56,369 bases of DNA from Eubacteriales bacterium (GTDB taxonomy: Bacteria; Bacillota; Clostridia; Christensenellales; CAG-314): assembly GCA_035446985.1 (NCBI GenBank), contig DAOTGG010000003.1:1-56369 (forward strand), written 5' to 3'. Positions 55,071-56,369 of the stretch are shown here, piece after piece (positions within the stretch are counted from its first letter, which is position 1; each line of letters starts with the position of its first letter). The position numbers and the translations under genes were made by a program. The notes under the pieces are model-generated. The model did not search any database. It worked only from the letters and a program-made list of their open reading frames with translations, and was not told the origin of the DNA.

Positions 55071-56369
55071 ATGAATTACAAAGACAAACTTATTACAGTA
55101 GACCAAGCGATTGCTATGGTGAAAGACAATTACAAGGTAGCAATAAGCGAAAGTCAATGCACACCCTACGGTTTTATGTCACAATTTCACAAAATCAACG
55201 ATACAACCAAAAACGTTGACCTTTGGTGCTGCCGTATGGCGGAAAAATTCCCATTTTTAGATATCCCAAATCCTACTTTCACCACTAATGAAATATTTAT
55301 GACAAAAGCGACGAGAGGCGTAGCTAACCCGAAAGTTTTCTACGTTCCGACGCACTTGTCACGCGGCGGCATCGCTATGCTCGCTTCGGGAGACATCGAT
55401 ATATTCGTAGTGGCAGCGACGCGTCCCGATGAAAACGGCAAAATGTCCATGGGTTTGTCCGCTTTGCATTCAAAAACATTGATGAAGTCATCAAAAATCA
55501 TTATCGCTGAAGTAAATAAATATATGCCGTATACATACGGCGACACAGAGTTTTCGCTTGACGACGTTGATTACGTCATCGAATACGATCACCCTATTCC
55601 TGAAATACCTACAGTTCCCGAAGATCCTCGCGACGAAATTATCGGAAAACTTATCGCTGACCAGATTAACGACGGCGATTGTCTGCAAATCGGTATCGGC
55701 GGTATTCCTAACGCTGTTTCAAGACTGTTACGCGTTAAAAAGAATTTGGGCATACATACGGAATTGTTGGGCGAAGGCTTGGTTGACCTTGCTTTGTGCG
55801 GAGCTGTCGACGGCAGCAAAAAGGGAGTGGATAAAGGTAAAATCGTCACGTCTATTATTGACGGAACGGAAAAAGTTTACAAATTTATCGACCACAACCC
55901 CGACGTATTACTCAGAGAAGCAAGCTATACTAACAGCGTGTTTACTCTTGCTCAACTCGATAACCAAATTTCAGTCAATTCTTCAATAGAAATCGACCTT
56001 ACTGGACAATGCTGCTCCGAGTCTATCGGTTCAAGACAGTTCAGCGGCACGGGCGGACAGTCCGACACCGCGTACGGCGCTCAAAGATCGAAAGGCGGTA
56101 AATCGTTTATGGTTATGTATTCAACCGCGATGGTTAAAAATGCCGACGGCGTTAGAGTGCCTACAAGTAAAATAGTCGCGCAGTTAAAACAAGGCGCAAC
56201 TGTAAGCTTGCACCGCAACGACGTACAATATGTCGCGACCGAATTTGGTATGGTAGATCTCAGAGGAAAGAATATTATGCAAAGAGCTGAAGCTATGATT
56301 TCTATCGCGCACCCTGATTTCAGAGAAAGTCTGCGCAAACAAGCTATCGAACTGGGTTTGATTAGATAA
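55071..56369 (+). CDS. acetyl-CoA hydrolase/transferase family CoA-transferase (4-hydroxybutyrate / butyryl-CoA:acetate CoA-transferase-like)
   Basis: LQIGIGGIPNAV, HTELLGEG and SGTGGQSDTAYGA are present. The start is ATG 55071 with an AAGGAG RBS at 55058-55063. The ORF-track TTG at 55035 overlaps the gamma subunit. The TAA stop ends at the last base of the window. Confidence 0.85.
   Translation: MNYKDKLITVDQAIAMVKDNYKVAISESQCTPYGFMSQFHKINDTTKNVDLWCCRMAEKFPFLDIPNPTFTTNEIFMTKATRGVANPKVFYVPTHLSRGGIAMLASGDIDIFVVAATRPDENGKMSMGLSALHSKTLMKSSKIIIAEVNKYMPYTYGDTEFSLDDVDYVIEYDHPIPEIPTVPEDPRDEIIGKLIADQINDGDCLQIGIGGIPNAVSRLLRVKKNLGIHTELLGEGLVDLALCGAVDGSKKGVDKGKIVTSIIDGTEKVYKFIDHNPDVLLREASYTNSVFTLAQLDNQISVNSSIEIDLTGQCCSESIGSRQFSGTGGQSDTAYGAQRSKGGKSFMVMYSTAMVKNADGVRVPTSKIVAQLKQGATVSLHRNDVQYVATEFGMVDLRGKNIMQRAEAMISIAHPDFRESLRKQAIELGLIR

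Noticed and set aside
1-56369. A search for CRISPR repeats, IS elements/transposases, integrases, tRNA/rRNA genes, toxin-antitoxin or defence-system genes, and in-frame stop (selenocysteine) candidates.
   Set aside because: None was recognised. Every ORF above 100 aa that I accept has a metabolic, transport or housekeeping assignment. I saw no direct-repeat arrays and no interrupted reading frames.

Overview
The window is 56.4 kb of compact, AT-rich-intergenic bacterial chromosome. It looks like an anaerobic amino-acid fermenter, probably Clostridia-like; the phylum call is inference only. I found no rRNA, tRNA, CRISPR array, transposase, integrase or phage gene. Left to right: (1) the 3' part of an ornithine operon, oraE (cut by the window edge), a GlmL/MutL-like putative reactivase and ornithine racemase, fused to catabolic ornithine carbamoyltransferase and carbamate kinase; (2) a two-gene unit of a 112-aa PII-fold-like protein and a CPA-type cation/proton antiporter; (3) a ten-gene purine operon purE-C-F-M-N-(purO-like)-purH(AICARFT only)-D-L-folD; (4) typA on the minus strand; (5) a Fur-family regulator, then a metal ABC importer with a consensus promoter and a palindromic operator; (6) a C26 amidotransferase and plsY; (7) a minus-strand lysine fermentation operon kal-kce-kdd-kamA-kamD-kamE behind a consensus promoter and a lysine riboswitch (L-box), preceded by a P-loop protein and a MutS-domain ATPase (candidate aminomutase reactivase); (8) a flippase-like UPF0104 protein with rfbADBC and a GT2, convergent with a GT28 glycolipid synthase; (9) a minus-strand operon for a four-subunit Fe-S/flavin dehydrogenase (2Fe-2S protein, NAD/FAD oxidoreductase, 4Fe-4S+BFD protein, sarcosine-oxidase-beta-like flavoprotein) plus P5C dehydrogenase, which I read as a heteromeric archaeal-type proline dehydrogenase system; (10) a DUF885 lipoprotein; (11) a 32-codon Ile/Leu-rich sORF with a terminator upstream of ilvE, a four-subunit 2-oxoacid:ferredoxin oxidoreductase and a CoA-transferase. 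The leads most worth follow-up are the heteromeric dehydrogenase/P5CDH operon, the PII-like/antiporter pair, the MutS-like/P-loop pair beside kamDE, and the L-box on a catabolic operon. All protein calls rest on motifs and remembered family sequences. No database search was run.
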